This document shows positions 51,670 to 63,270 of a DNA stretch of 64,000 nucleotides, one piece after another. Made by a program: the position numbers and the translations under genes. The stretch is from Barthelona sp. PAP020 (Eukaryota), in contig JARQWU010000005.1 in the NCBI GenBank assembly GCA_040182905.1, positions 1 to 64,000 on the forward strand. Reading direction: 5' to 3'. Positions within the stretch are counted from its first letter, which is position 1. Every line of letters starts with the position of its first letter. The notes beneath the pieces are model-generated. The model ran no database searches. It was not told the origin of the DNA and saw nothing but the letters and a program-made list of their open reading frames with translations.

Positions 51670-52236
51670 TTAATTGGAATCAGTAGCTTCATCAGCTTCA
51701 TCTGGAACCTGATAAGCAGCAGCAGCACCAAACAAATCATCATATGCTGTTTCGACAGGCTTTTCACATACACCATTAGCACAACAAGAATCAATTCCTT
51801 GAACATACTTCTTATACTGTCCAATGATCCAACACATAACGCAGAAGTTATTAAAGGCTTGAAGAGTAACCATAACAAACATTATCAAAGCAAGAATAAG
51901 AGTAACAATTTGATTGTCCAAAATGGTACCAAAAATACCGATGGCTAATGACATAATACAACCAGCAGTCCATGCAGCACGATTTCCTGAAGGGTCAACA
52001 ACTTTTTCTTTGAAAATACCTTGCAAAAGTTTGGATATTAAGGTAAATGGAGAAGGTTCTCTGAACATGAATATTACCTTCATCAAAAATTCAAAACTTA
52101 AATAAAACCCAAGATAATAAAAGTTAAATTTGATAAATTCCAATTTAATAAAATGGAAAAGCAACATAATAACATATGAAATCCATATTAAATATGAATA
52201 AACTCGTCCAATTGCAGCATTCATTGTGTAAACCAT
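51670..52236 (-). CDS. DUF4395-like membrane protein
   Basis: Early N...R.. motif, SPF, DP....A...G and L.AF..FCVMCWI, resembling DUF4395 (LEA..GFCLGC). Confidence 0.65.
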   Translation of the reverse strand: MVYTMNAAIGRVYSYLIWISYVIMLLFHFIKLEFIKFNFYYLGFYLSFEFLMKVIFMFREPSPFTLISKLLQGIFKEKVVDPSGNRAAWTAGCIMSLAIGIFGTILDNQIVTLILALIMFVMVTLQAFNNFCVMCWIIGQYKKYVQGIDSCCANGVCEKPVETAYDDLFGAAAAYQVPDEADEATDSN

Positions 52237-52530
52237 TTTAGAAAAAAAATTGATTTGTGGAGGAATGTGTAAAATTCATCAACATGAACAGTTTCGATTT
52301 CTCTTATTTTTGGGAGTAACAATTTTTTTCTTTTCGAACTTTTTTTTTGAAATTGTTTTAAGATGATGTAATAACATAGTCTTCTCATTTAAATGTAAAA
52401 TTAAAAGTTTTCAATAATTTTTTTGTATTTTTCATTTGTAAACTATTCAATGAATTGTGTTAATCTGTCTTTTTTGGGAACTTTTTTGGAAAGAAAAATA
52501 ATAGATAAATATTTATTTTTTGAAACCGTT

Positions 52531-55500
52531 ATGAACTCATCTCCCATTGAATTGCGAGTTTATGCTCTTTTGGAACAAAACCAGTATGGATTGGAGATTT
52601 TTTTAAAGGGTCGAAAAAACAAGAAAGAACAATTTTACTGACAACATCCGAGATTTGTGTGGTCAAATTTAAATCGAATTCATGGCAATGCGATCGAAGA
52701 TTACCATTTTTAGAGTTGACTGGTTTGAAATTGAAGGAGCTGGAATTGATAATTGAATTTGATAGAATTAAATATTCAATGGATTTGCATAATGGTCCAT
52801 CTAATGAATTCCTTGGAGCTTGTCTTTCTTTATTTAAGTATTTATATCCAAATAAAACATTTGCCGAATGTTTTTTTTCATATGATTTTCAATTTCAACC
52901 TCCTGACAGAGAATTAGAGAGTAAAAATCATTTTTTAATTGATAGATTAGTTGCTCTTTCTGTAAAATATGAGTTTATTGTTCCTCCATATGTATATTGG
53001 TATTTGTATCAACAATTAAGAAAATATGGAAGGTTAGATTTAAAATTTGAGAATATTCCAAGTATTTCAACCGAAATATATGTGTTTTTACTGGAAGCAT
53101 TGGCAGATAATGATTGTTTAGTTTCGTTGAGTTTAATCAATGTGCATTTGAAAGGAGCACTTTTAGACCGTTTGCGATCAATACTCATGAGTGTTCCATC
53201 TCTTGAATCTTTGAGTTTTGTTAATGTTAACAATTATTCTTGTATCTTCAATGACTTGATTAATGCTAATGTTATTCATATAAAGATTCAGAATTGTCCT
53301 TTGTCAGATCGAAACTTAATCATATTTTTTCAAACCTTTTCTTCCAAATTGAGGACTTTGGAATTGTCTTCAATTGGTCGCACCTTGATGCCGTTCATCA
53401 ATGAAATAGTTAACTTAAGATTTCCACACTTAGAAAAATTTTGCATTGAAGACACTCAAATCAATCCTGAAGGACAAAGTAAATTGCAAGTACTTTTGAG
53501 CAGTTGCACAAATTTGAAGCATTTGAGTTTGAAAAATACATTATCAAAGATCGACCTTATTTTACCCTCAAATTTAACCTTCTTGAAATATTTAAACATT
53601 AGTTTTTGTGAAATAAAACGAAATTGCTCTTCTTTACATGATTTGATAATTAATTGTCAGAATACTTTGTTGGAATTAAATATTCATGGTTCAAAAGTGT
53701 GTGAAAATGAAGCTATTGCGATTGTTCATGCATTAAATGAGGCTTGTATTGTTTGGTTGGGTGAAAATAATTGGTCTTTAGGTAGTGCAATGTCGTTTAG
53801 TAGAGTTTTTCAGCAACCATTGGGAGGAGTTGTCTTCTGTGATTTGAACAGGGATTTTTTGCTTGAATTGCTTGCACTTTTGCCTCCACCCATGTATCAA
53901 ACTATTGGTTTGGTAAGATGTGTGAAAGCTGCAGATTTGAAACTTAGAAAAGCTTTATTAAGCTATTTGAGTAATGCAAAGAATGTTGAAAGATTCATAA
54001 TTCATGACTTCATTGAAGGAGAAAACTTAGGAACTGCAATTTCTGAATTTATTGAAGTGAGTAGTGGTTTTCTTTTTTTGAGAGATTTGGAAATTTTAAA
54101 CAGTCATCTAAATGTTAAATATTTGGAGAAATTTGGTATGATCTTCAGAAGATGTCATCATTTATCGCGTTTTAATTTAAAAGGGCTTGAGATTTCATCT
54201 GAAAAACTGCATGTTCTTGCTGAAGTTGCTAGGAAATATCCAATGCTTGAATGGATTGATTTATCATTTGAACATGAGCAACTAAACAATGAATATGGTG
54301 AACTTTTGAAAACTCTCACATTATGTGTTCCAAAAAAAGTTTTAAGAAAATCTAAGTCAAGTTCGGTGTTGTCTAGAAGAACTTCAACTCAAAGTTCAAA
54401 TAGTGATGAAGACTCTTTGAGTGACCGTTCTGATTCTTCTTTGTTTCCATTTAAGATGATAGCAAGTCTTCATAATCTTCCAAAAAGAGCTTTAGAAAAA
54501 AGAAAAAGTCAGATTTTAAAAGCTCCAACCAGATTGACACCCCAATTTGTTGTTGAAACATTAAATTCATTAAATAATGGTATCAATCTGTTTGATTCAG
54601 GGATCATTGCTCTTTTAAAGAGAATTTTATGGAATATATATGAATGTGATGTGGATCTTGAAGTTTTAGAAACAATTGAAGATTTTTTTAAAGTTTTAAA
54701 CCAATACAAAGAACTTTCTTCCTTTATTTCAGTCAGCTCAAAATTATTAACATTGATTCATGATAAATTGGTTGATATTGAGTTTGAGCGGTGGTCAAAT
54801 GGTGCTACCTCAAAATCAGCATTAGAATTGGCTAAATCTATTTCTATTATGCTTAAATTTCATAATAATATTGACATTATCAGAGAACATTGCAACCGAG
54901 TCAGAATCAAGAAGAAATTTCAAATTCCTACTGAAGTTGTTAAATTGAACCAATTTGAACAAGATGAAGGTGAGAACAACATTCAATTATCCTTGTTGGG
55001 CACATTCTTCATTAAACTGTATCGTTCTGGTGACTTACACAAGGCAGTTCATGAAGTTTATGAACTACCTGGTGAACCAGAAAAACCAGTATTGAAACTT
55101 CATATTGATGTTACTCACAATGATGAAATGATTGGTTTTAATGAAGAACAAAAAAAACGAGCAATTGCACCAGAGAAACTAGCTGCTCTTGATAAAAAAG
55201 ATCAAGATAAAAAAGTGAGAAAGTCCATTCGGAAATCTTCTTCTTCTTCTGACCTTCAAAATCGTACCCGTCCTAAATCCCATGTCATGACAAGGTCTTC
55301 AACCAGCAGTGTGAGTTCAAAGTCTTCATTTGCTAATGCTGAAAAAAGATCTCAACTCAGTAGAAGTTCTCAAATTGATAAACAAGTCAACTCTACTATC
55401 ACTAAAAGATCCACTTTTGCATCCTCTAATGTCAATATCAACAAGAAAGTATCTTTGGAAGAAAAAATGTTAGAAGACAGTATGATTCCAAACCCTCTTT

Positions 55501-55607
55501 ACAAATCCGCGTATGATCCAATTGAATTCCAACAGAAATATATTAAAGCAACAAGAAAACAAGTTGAGCAGGCTTTGAAAGAATTAGAAGTCAGTTTCTA
55601 TCATTGA
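52531..55607 (+). CDS. CARMIL-like PH + leucine-rich-repeat protein; frame discontinuity near 52599-52620
   Basis: The main frame (open 52551..55607) has LRRs and an S-rich tail but no ATG until ~52779. The ATG 52531 frame ends at 52641. A -1 join gives a CARMIL-type PH N-terminus (KKQERTILLTTSEICVV...LPFLELTGL). Confidence 0.65.
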
Positions 55608-55699
55608 GTTCTCTGTAAATGTACAATAATGCTTTTTCTTTCATTGACTCATACTTGCGATGCATGTTCAGCTAGATATTGATAAAAAAGCACTACAAT

Positions 55700-56749
55700 T
55701 TATTGAAGATCTGAATTCTCATCAAAATCTAAGGATAAATTGGTTTGATCTTGATTTTGAGATGATGATGAGATTGCTTGAATTTCACTCTCATTTCTAA
55801 AGGGAGTCGAAAGGGGCCCAGGAAAATTTAAGATTTCACAATTGATGATTTCAATCTGATGATCAACAGAAATTTTTGGCAACAGATCAATTTTACCCAA
55901 ACAAATAGCATAGAAATAAGCTTTTGATAAAGGCAAAAACAAATTAAAGAATTGACTAAAAAGGAGAGCAAAATCATTTCTTGATTCTGAAGAAGTTATA
56001 ATGCCAAGAATAAATGCTAATTGAGTTTGATGTGTCCAAATAGCCAAAATTTTGTCAATTTGTAATTTTTCACAAAAATCTTTTAAAACTTCTGGACATT
56101 TGGGCAAATCGTAAAATGCAAAACAGGGTGCAGATTCATTATGAATTGGGAACTCAACTAACATCTTGAACCATTCACTATTTTGTAAGTTAAAGCCATT
56201 CTCAAATTTAAGGTCATTATATCTGTTGGAAATAAGATTATCCGCTAAAAATGGAAGAGAACTTTCCAAAAAATCATCAAAGAAACTTGGATCATAAAAC
56301 TCTGTCTCATCATTCGTCTCAAAATAATACCTCACTAACTTGTCAAATATGGTATAAACAATTTTGATGGCATGATATTTTGACAATTTTAAAATGCCTT
56401 TGCAAATAGTTTCAAAATTTTCTTCATTGAATGATGAATTTTCAGATAAATCAAAATCTTTATATTTTCCTGTGAAATCATCCATTATTATTTGTAAACT
56501 AATGCTTACAATTTCACTCAAAGATGTTTCCAAATTTTGTTTTTCTTCAGCACTTAATTCAATCATTGAATTTAAATCAATCAAATCAATTTGTTCTTCA
56601 TTATTTGTAGTTGTGCCAGAATTGTTTTCATCTTTGAATTCATTTTCTTCATTCTGTTTTTTTCGATTCTTTAAATACTTGCATAAACCATAAACTACAC
56701 CTGTTCCTCCAATTAATCCTAATGTAAAAAGTAGTTTGGACCTTTTCAT
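55700..56749 (-). CDS. Signal-anchored membrane protein (N-terminus reminiscent of Pex3)
   Basis: MKRSKLLFTLGLIGGTGVVYGLCKYLKNRKK: basic - Gly-rich TM - basic. ATG at 56749. Confidence 0.65.
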   Translation of the reverse strand: MKRSKLLFTLGLIGGTGVVYGLCKYLKNRKKQNEENEFKDENNSGTTTNNEEQIDLIDLNSMIELSAEEKQNLETSLSEIVSISLQIIMDDFTGKYKDFDLSENSSFNEENFETICKGILKLSKYHAIKIVYTIFDKLVRYYFETNDETEFYDPSFFDDFLESSLPFLADNLISNRYNDLKFENGFNLQNSEWFKMLVEFPIHNESAPCFAFYDLPKCPEVLKDFCEKLQIDKILAIWTHQTQLAFILGIITSSESRNDFALLFSQFFNLFLPLSKAYFYAICLGKIDLLPKISVDHQIEIINCEILNFPGPLSTPFRNESEIQAISSSSQNQDQTNLSLDFDENSDLQ

Positions 56750-56859
56750 TTCCAATAAAAGAATTTGTTAAACAGCAAAGAAATAAGAAAATTGAGATTT
56801 CAACATTTTTTTTCATCATTTTTTGTTTTATGTCACTTTGATATTGTTTTGATGTTATT

Positions 56860-59442
56860 ATGAAACCTTTAATCAAATATTTCTCTTTTATTATTCATGA
56901 AAATTTTGAAACAACACTGCACCTTCATGAACCAAAAGTTGAAGATTTAGAAGTACCTTATCCAAAATTTGCAGACAAATTAATTGTATTACCAACGGAA
57001 TCATTTGATAATATTGATGAAGAATTATTCTACACAATTGTCTTTACCGATGAGAGTGGTATAAGATTATATGGACATTGTTTAAATAAATATAATCATA
57101 TTCTAGTTATATTTTCGACTGAAATCAGTTGTTTATCATTTCGATGCTTGTTATCTATTCTTTTTGATAAGATAACTGCGAAAAATTTTAAGAATGTGGC
57201 ACAATATTTAGTAAGTATACCAATTCCACCATTAAACAGTTTATTAATGTCAAAAATAGATGATAAAGAATGGTGGTTACCAATGTTTTCAATACTTGAT
57301 CATCCTCGTGTTCAAATTGATTATCCAATAATTTTTCAACTTTTATCGATTGAAAATATTGTTAAAGTTTTTGAAAGCGTATTAGTTGAAAGGAGTATTA
57401 TTTTTGTCAGTAGAAATCCCTATTTTCTTTCCCAAGTCATCTTATTCTTTTTAAACATCATTTATCCCTTTAGTTTTTCTCATAGAATCATTACTATTGT
57501 GCCTTTTCATTTGTTGGAGTCAATCAATGTTCCTGGAGTACAAATCAGTGGAGTTTTGAAGTGTTATGAGGAACAATTAATTTTACCACCTTATTGTATG
57601 TATGTTGACTTGGATCTAAATTCAATCAGTTATTCGATGTGCAGTATACATGAGGAATTACCTGGGTTACCTGCACATGATAGAGAAAAGCTTGTCAAGA
57701 ATTTATTGAATGAAGTTACTTCTAAGAATTTGGTTCCTTTGGAAAAGCGTCCAAAGGGCTTAAAACAGAAAATTTTAAATATTGTCAAAACTGATGTGAC
57801 TTTTATTGAAGGCCCTCTTCTGATATATTTAAAAAATAAAATTGCCGATAAAAGTTCAAAAATTGGTGATACTACATTAACTTTTTACAAAAGCTTTGAA
57901 AGCTATCGAAATGAATTAAATATTATTCACTCAATATTTCTCAAGGTATTCACTCGACATTTTCAAGATCTTGCTGTGTTTATCAAAGGTAAACCTACAA
58001 AACAACATTTGATTATCGATGAATGTTTTGAAATGCAAAATTTTTTGAGAAGTTTTTCAAAAGTTGACAGGAGATTTTTGGAAGTTTTTGTTGAAACAGC
58101 CTATTTTTCCACTTTTTTGTTTGATCGATTGCATGAGCCTAATCTAATACAGCTGTGGTTTGAAGAACAATCAATTGCCAAAAAGAATCGTGCTTTATTT
58201 AATCAAGAAGTAGATACTCCATTATTGAATGAAAAAAAGTTGAAACAGGATTTTAAATTACTTTTTTGGCCTAGTTTTAAAACAATACAGGAATATGAAC
58301 AACGTATTGAAACTGAAACAAATTGTAAAATTGAAATAGGAGAATTTCCGTACGTAAAATTGATCTTACAACGATTTAGCCAAGTTTATGTTGATAAAAT
58401 AGGACACACTTTCGTCAATAGTATTTTTATGGTTGGAAACAAAGAAGATCCAATGGGGTTGAAATTAATGAGTGATTTCAAATGTGCAAAGATGAGAGTT
58501 TGTCAAAATAATTGTAAAAATTTGAAAGAAAGATTATTTGGGGATTCCAAAGAAATCAACATGAGATATCTCATAGAAATTTTAAAAAATTTACAGGACA
58601 ATTTTGAAAAGCAGGCAAAAAGAAGAAAAATTGAAGAAAAAGTCGAAAAGTATAAAAATGTTCAAGATTTATGTATCAAAAAAGAAAATTGCAAAACTTT
58701 TGAGACAAAACTTTTGATAAAATTTAAAAATATCAAGATCTTAAAGGATGAAATGTCATTGTTGAAGTTTCCGAAAGGTTTATTTGAAAATATTCGTTCA
58801 CTTCAACAAAGAATGACTAATATCAACAGTATTGAAAAGTTGTGTTTGTATAGATTGCAAAACTATGTTATTTCTTTTCAACGGTTTGCAAAGGAATTGA
58901 TTGAAACCTTTTTTGTTCTGTTTAAATATTTATTGTTTTTGTTCAAAAGAAATAATGTCTTAATTATTGATCGATGGATGTTTTTATCATTCATTTTCGA
59001 TAATATTGGAAATATTCACGTCAATATTAAAAGTTTGCTAAATTCAAATATGATTGTTAGGTCACAATTGTTCTATTTGTATGAAATCTATGTTTCAGAT
59101 TGCATTGTTAATAATTGCATTATTGACTTCATTCCAACCATTTTATCTCCAATACTTGAATCTCAAAACAATATAGTTGCCCATAATGAATCATTCAGCA
59201 AAAGAAAAAGTAAATTATTTGATGAAATTCATTTGTTGGCTAAAAACCTTAAAAAATATAAAACTGAACAAGAAAGGATAGATCTTTTTCTGAAATTAAA
59301 TATTGATTTAAATTCAAAGAGAAGAAAATACCAAATTTTTCAAAAAATTTTTGATTTTCCATCTGACATCAAAAATTTTCATGAATTAATAGAAGAGTTC
59401 AATTGGAGATTACATATTGTTAAAATTTGTCAAATTAAATGA
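56860..59442 (+). CDS. DENN-domain Rab GEF
   Basis: VFTDESG.RLYGHCL (uDENN), LSIENIVKVFESVLVERSIIFVS / IYPF (cDENN) and FLEVFVETAYFSTF (dDENN). Confidence 0.92.
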   Translation: MKPLIKYFSFIIHENFETTLHLHEPKVEDLEVPYPKFADKLIVLPTESFDNIDEELFYTIVFTDESGIRLYGHCLNKYNHILVIFSTEISCLSFRCLLSILFDKITAKNFKNVAQYLVSIPIPPLNSLLMSKIDDKEWWLPMFSILDHPRVQIDYPIIFQLLSIENIVKVFESVLVERSIIFVSRNPYFLSQVILFFLNIIYPFSFSHRIITIVPFHLLESINVPGVQISGVLKCYEEQLILPPYCMYVDLDLNSISYSMCSIHEELPGLPAHDREKLVKNLLNEVTSKNLVPLEKRPKGLKQKILNIVKTDVTFIEGPLLIYLKNKIADKSSKIGDTTLTFYKSFESYRNELNIIHSIFLKVFTRHFQDLAVFIKGKPTKQHLIIDECFEMQNFLRSFSKVDRRFLEVFVETAYFSTFLFDRLHEPNLIQLWFEEQSIAKKNRALFNQEVDTPLLNEKKLKQDFKLLFWPSFKTIQEYEQRIETETNCKIEIGEFPYVKLILQRFSQVYVDKIGHTFVNSIFMVGNKEDPMGLKLMSDFKCAKMRVCQNNCKNLKERLFGDSKEINMRYLIEILKNLQDNFEKQAKRRKIEEKVEKYKNVQDLCIKKENCKTFETKLLIKFKNIKILKDEMSLLKFPKGLFENIRSLQQRMTNINSIEKLCLYRLQNYVISFQRFAKELIETFFVLFKYLLFLFKRNNVLIIDRWMFLSFIFDNIGNIHVNIKSLLNSNMIVRSQLFYLYEIYVSDCIVNNCIIDFIPTILSPILESQNNIVAHNESFSKRKSKLFDEIHLLAKNLKKYKTEQERIDLFLKLNIDLNSKRRKYQIFQKIFDFPSDIKNFHELIEEFNWRLHIVKICQIK

Positions 59443-59964
59443 AATATTTTCTTTTTTATCTTCTTTGATTTGCCTGCTTTTTGTATCTTACATGTGAATA
59501 TGTTGTTATTTTTTGTCATTCATCTTTATATTCTTATTGTTGTTAACTTCTGTATTTAGTATATATTTAATGTAATAAATTTTATTTGTTTTTTCTTTTT
59601 GTTGCCAATTAGAGAATTTTTGAAGAAAATTCTTTCATATCAATGTAAATTAAATGTAACTTTGGATGATTGTTTTAAGATATTGATATTTTCAAAAGGT
59701 ATTTTTAACCTCAATTAAAATATTAAATTATTGAAAGAATTTCGGTTTGTTCATGTCATAATCACAATAATAAATGAAAGAACATAAGATTCCAGAATTA
59801 TGAAATTGACCATTGCATTTGTTTTCATTGTTAGAAGTTATAAATTGTATTCATCTTTTTATTTTTTCTCTCTTTCCTTGTTAAAAAGAAAAAATGAAGA
59901 AAGAGTTCAGCATTCCAAATTGTACAATAAAAATTATCTATTTTTTATCTTTCATTAAAACCCA

Positions 59965-62900
59965 ATGTTATTTGTATTTTTATTGAGTACTGGATTGGTA
60001 CCAATAGTTATAATATTAGGTTTTATCACATTTTGGGTTGGTTGTTTTGCCGGAATGGAAAATGCGTTATATGATAACATGGAAGACAAATATTTTCACG
60101 AAATGTTTGATATTTTTTGCTATTTTCCAAAATATAATAACAAAGAAAGAGGTTTTTTCCGATTATTCATTATTTTGATATTCATAACTTCATTTTGTGC
60201 AAATTTTAATGTATTTTTTACCATATTATTTTATTTAACGATTATTTTTTTCATTATTTTTATTAAAACACTTAATGTTACCGAATATGAAAATTCTAAT
60301 ATTATTGGTTTGTCTCAAATCAATATTTATTCTTTAAAATTCTTATTCTCTTTAGTTTTTTTTTGTTTGGGTCTATTTTACAGTTTTTTTAATGTAAGAT
60401 TAAATTTTGATGTTGATCATTTGATTATCAGATGTATTGTGCAACTTTTCAAATTGTACCCAATTTTTTATTTTTCCCTTCGATTTTTTTATTTCAGATC
60501 AATAAATTTCGGAAATTTAACTTTTGATTCTTTGGATTTGCATGTTACTCAATCGGTTTGGTTCTGTTTTTTTCAAGTTTTATTTTACTATCAAACAAAT
60601 TTTTTAACGTTTTGTTTTTTGATATTTTCTCCCTATTTTTGGTCTACAGGGATATTACCCAGGTTATATCAAATACTTTATTGGTTAATTGACATAACAA
60701 GCGTTTATTTTGGTGGTAATCATGTATATAATCTTTTTACAAGTTTATTTGAGTTATTTATACAATTTGGAACGATATTTTTATTGAAAAACAAACATTT
60801 CGAAACATTTGAGGAAAATTTTCGTGTTCTTTTATGTTTTTTAAGTGTGAGTCTTTTTAGGTTGATTCCTTTCAATTCGAACCTTGTGAAAATTATAAAA
60901 CAATATTTTAAAGGTTTGAACTTTTTATATCTATTTTTTATCATTATCCCGATGGGAATTATTTATGAAATTGACAAAATGGAATGGTTAGAAGGTTTTT
61001 CACATGTATTTATAATTGTTTCAGCAATCATTCTATTTCTATTATCTTGTGGTTTTGTTTTTAGAAAGCCTAACTTGTTATTAACTTTGATTTACGCTTT
61101 GCTTGATGATGAGATGTATGCATATGGTTCATTATTCAAATATATAACAAAATTTATCTCATTACCTATTATTTTTATATTTTTACCATATCTAAGTATT
61201 TTTAATTTTATTGATGATAAAACTTACTATTTTATTGATAAATTTGATAAATTTTACCAAATTTATAATTTTAAGGATGTTTACCCATATGTTTTATTGA
61301 TCATAAATTTTAAGCTAATATATAGTCGTAATATGATGAATATTGTTTGTTATCTTTTCATTTTTTTGTTACAAACTGAATTGAACCTTTTTAATTTTCA
61401 TTTTTTGGAGATTTTTTATTTCATGCATTTGATATTATTTATTTCAAATCGAATTCTTGAAATTGCTCAGCAAATGGTTCACTGTGAAATTTCTCCAACC
61501 AGGTTTAATTTGCCAATCTTTGGAACAGGCTTACCAAATTTGATCCGAATTTTCTTTGAACAATCTTTTCTGCCTGTCAAGCTAATCTTAGCAATTTTTT
61601 TTAATTTTGATTTGTTTTATGTTGTTCAATCAGGTCTGGGAATGACTATGTCTGCTCCTCATCCCAAAAAATTCTTTTTAAACAATGATGAATCCGCTAC
61701 CATTGATTCAACAACCATTTCGGATATCACATTGTTACCAGAAATTAACTTTTTGAACAGAATAGGGAAACGTATTGTAAATGATTGTGTAAGCTTATTC
61801 ACAACAACAGGAACCGTCTATTTTGTCATTGATGAAGAATCATCGGATTATTTATTGAGATATTACGATTTTGGTTTTGGTTGGTGTGCTTTTGAGGGAA
61901 GGGTTTTAAATCGTCATCGAACACCTTGTCATTCAAATGAAATAGAAACTGATCATTTTAGTGGGATGTATACACCTGCGCAAACAATAAGACATACCGT
62001 TTATCCAGATTTGAATTTACTTTCTTATGAGGTATTTCCTGATAGTTCTATGACAATTCCATATGATTTTGTTTGTTCATTGTATAATGAACTGCTCAAG
62101 GAACCCTATAATGTCAAAAATGATTTGTACCAATTTATAGACCTTATTGTTGAAATTGTTGATGTTCAACCCACCACACAGTCATTTGTGACTGGCGAAT
62201 TTCTTAACAATAGCAAATTGGCTGCTGCCATAATGCAAGAACAATATGGTGAATGCATACAGTTCAACGATGGCCTTGATGAATTGAACCCACCCCCTGA
62301 AGATTGGCGCTATGATGAAGGACTTCCACACTATGAAGAAATAATTTCAGATCATAATTCTATTGAAGTTGATGTCCAACCACAAATCAATGATGATGTG
62401 TCCAAACAAAACAATAAAAATTCTCCTTTTGATAAGAATTTTAGAGTTAAGATTTCAAAGCAGAATATTGATCACTTTTTCAAGTCTTTTAAAGCAAATG
62501 ATGACGATATTATCGATAACATTCTATTTGCTTATTGTAAAATGTTAATATATGCCTTAAGTTGTTCATCAAACAAGGCATTAACCACAGTTTTTCGTGA
62601 TTGGATATCTTTCTTCGGTAATTTTTGTTTTGACTCCAATAACAGTGTTTATTCTGAAAATTCTGTGTTTCCAAAAAGAATATTGTGCAAAAATCCGATG
62701 GCCTTACTCTCCAATCTATCTAGTTCGTCTTTTACTCGTTATTTCTTTGAATTATTGTTGAAATCATATCCAAACCTTTCAAAGTATTTTTTTAAAGCCA
62801 CATGTTATTCAATGTTAGCGGATTGTACTCATATTACTTGTATATATCCAGAAGATTGCTCATTCATCGAATTGACAGAATTCTTGAAAAGTTTGGACAC

Positions 62901-63270
62901 TTTTGATGCTGTATTTTTACCTTGTGGTTCTTTGCTTGATTTTTTAAACACAGGTGATCAATTATCAAATTTGTTTGATCATATCGTCGAAAGCCCAATT
63001 GAAACGTTCATTTTCCAATTTGATTTCGAAAAATTGAACAGTCTCAATCTAAATTCAAAAGATCACAATATTAGAATATTGCAAATGTCAGATAGTTGTT
63101 TAAAAGGTGGTTGGTTAAGTGCAATGCATGAAGTTATCATATTGGGTTCAACCGAAAATGAAAGAAGCAGTTTCCAGAGTAATCCTTTAATTTTTGCGAA
63201 TTTAACAGCTAGTTCATGTAATCCACCTGTTGGTTATCCTGATCTTGTTTTACCTGTTGTTGTTTCATAA
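59965..63270 (+). CDS. Pecanex-like multi-pass membrane protein (second, divergent)
   Basis: Many TM helices; TPCHSNE; C-terminal GWLSAMHEVI...ENERSSFQ.NP....NL..SSCNPPVGYP pecanex signature. Confidence 0.85.
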   Translation: MLFVFLLSTGLVPIVIILGFITFWVGCFAGMENALYDNMEDKYFHEMFDIFCYFPKYNNKERGFFRLFIILIFITSFCANFNVFFTILFYLTIIFFIIFIKTLNVTEYENSNIIGLSQINIYSLKFLFSLVFFCLGLFYSFFNVRLNFDVDHLIIRCIVQLFKLYPIFYFSLRFFYFRSINFGNLTFDSLDLHVTQSVWFCFFQVLFYYQTNFLTFCFLIFSPYFWSTGILPRLYQILYWLIDITSVYFGGNHVYNLFTSLFELFIQFGTIFLLKNKHFETFEENFRVLLCFLSVSLFRLIPFNSNLVKIIKQYFKGLNFLYLFFIIIPMGIIYEIDKMEWLEGFSHVFIIVSAIILFLLSCGFVFRKPNLLLTLIYALLDDEMYAYGSLFKYITKFISLPIIFIFLPYLSIFNFIDDKTYYFIDKFDKFYQIYNFKDVYPYVLLIINFKLIYSRNMMNIVCYLFIFLLQTELNLFNFHFLEIFYFMHLILFISNRILEIAQQMVHCEISPTRFNLPIFGTGLPNLIRIFFEQSFLPVKLILAIFFNFDLFYVVQSGLGMTMSAPHPKKFFLNNDESATIDSTTISDITLLPEINFLNRIGKRIVNDCVSLFTTTGTVYFVIDEESSDYLLRYYDFGFGWCAFEGRVLNRHRTPCHSNEIETDHFSGMYTPAQTIRHTVYPDLNLLSYEVFPDSSMTIPYDFVCSLYNELLKEPYNVKNDLYQFIDLIVEIVDVQPTTQSFVTGEFLNNSKLAAAIMQEQYGECIQFNDGLDELNPPPEDWRYDEGLPHYEEIISDHNSIEVDVQPQINDDVSKQNNKNSPFDKNFRVKISKQNIDHFFKSFKANDDDIIDNILFAYCKMLIYALSCSSNKALTTVFRDWISFFGNFCFDSNNSVYSENSVFPKRILCKNPMALLSNLSSSSFTRYFFELLLKSYPNLSKYFFKATCYSMLADCTHITCIYPEDCSFIELTEFLKSLDTFDAVFLPCGSLLDFLNTGDQLSNLFDHIVESPIETFIFQFDFEKLNSLNLNSKDHNIRILQMSDSCLKGGWLSAMHEVIILGSTENERSSFQSNPLIFANLTASSCNPPVGYPDLVLPVVVS

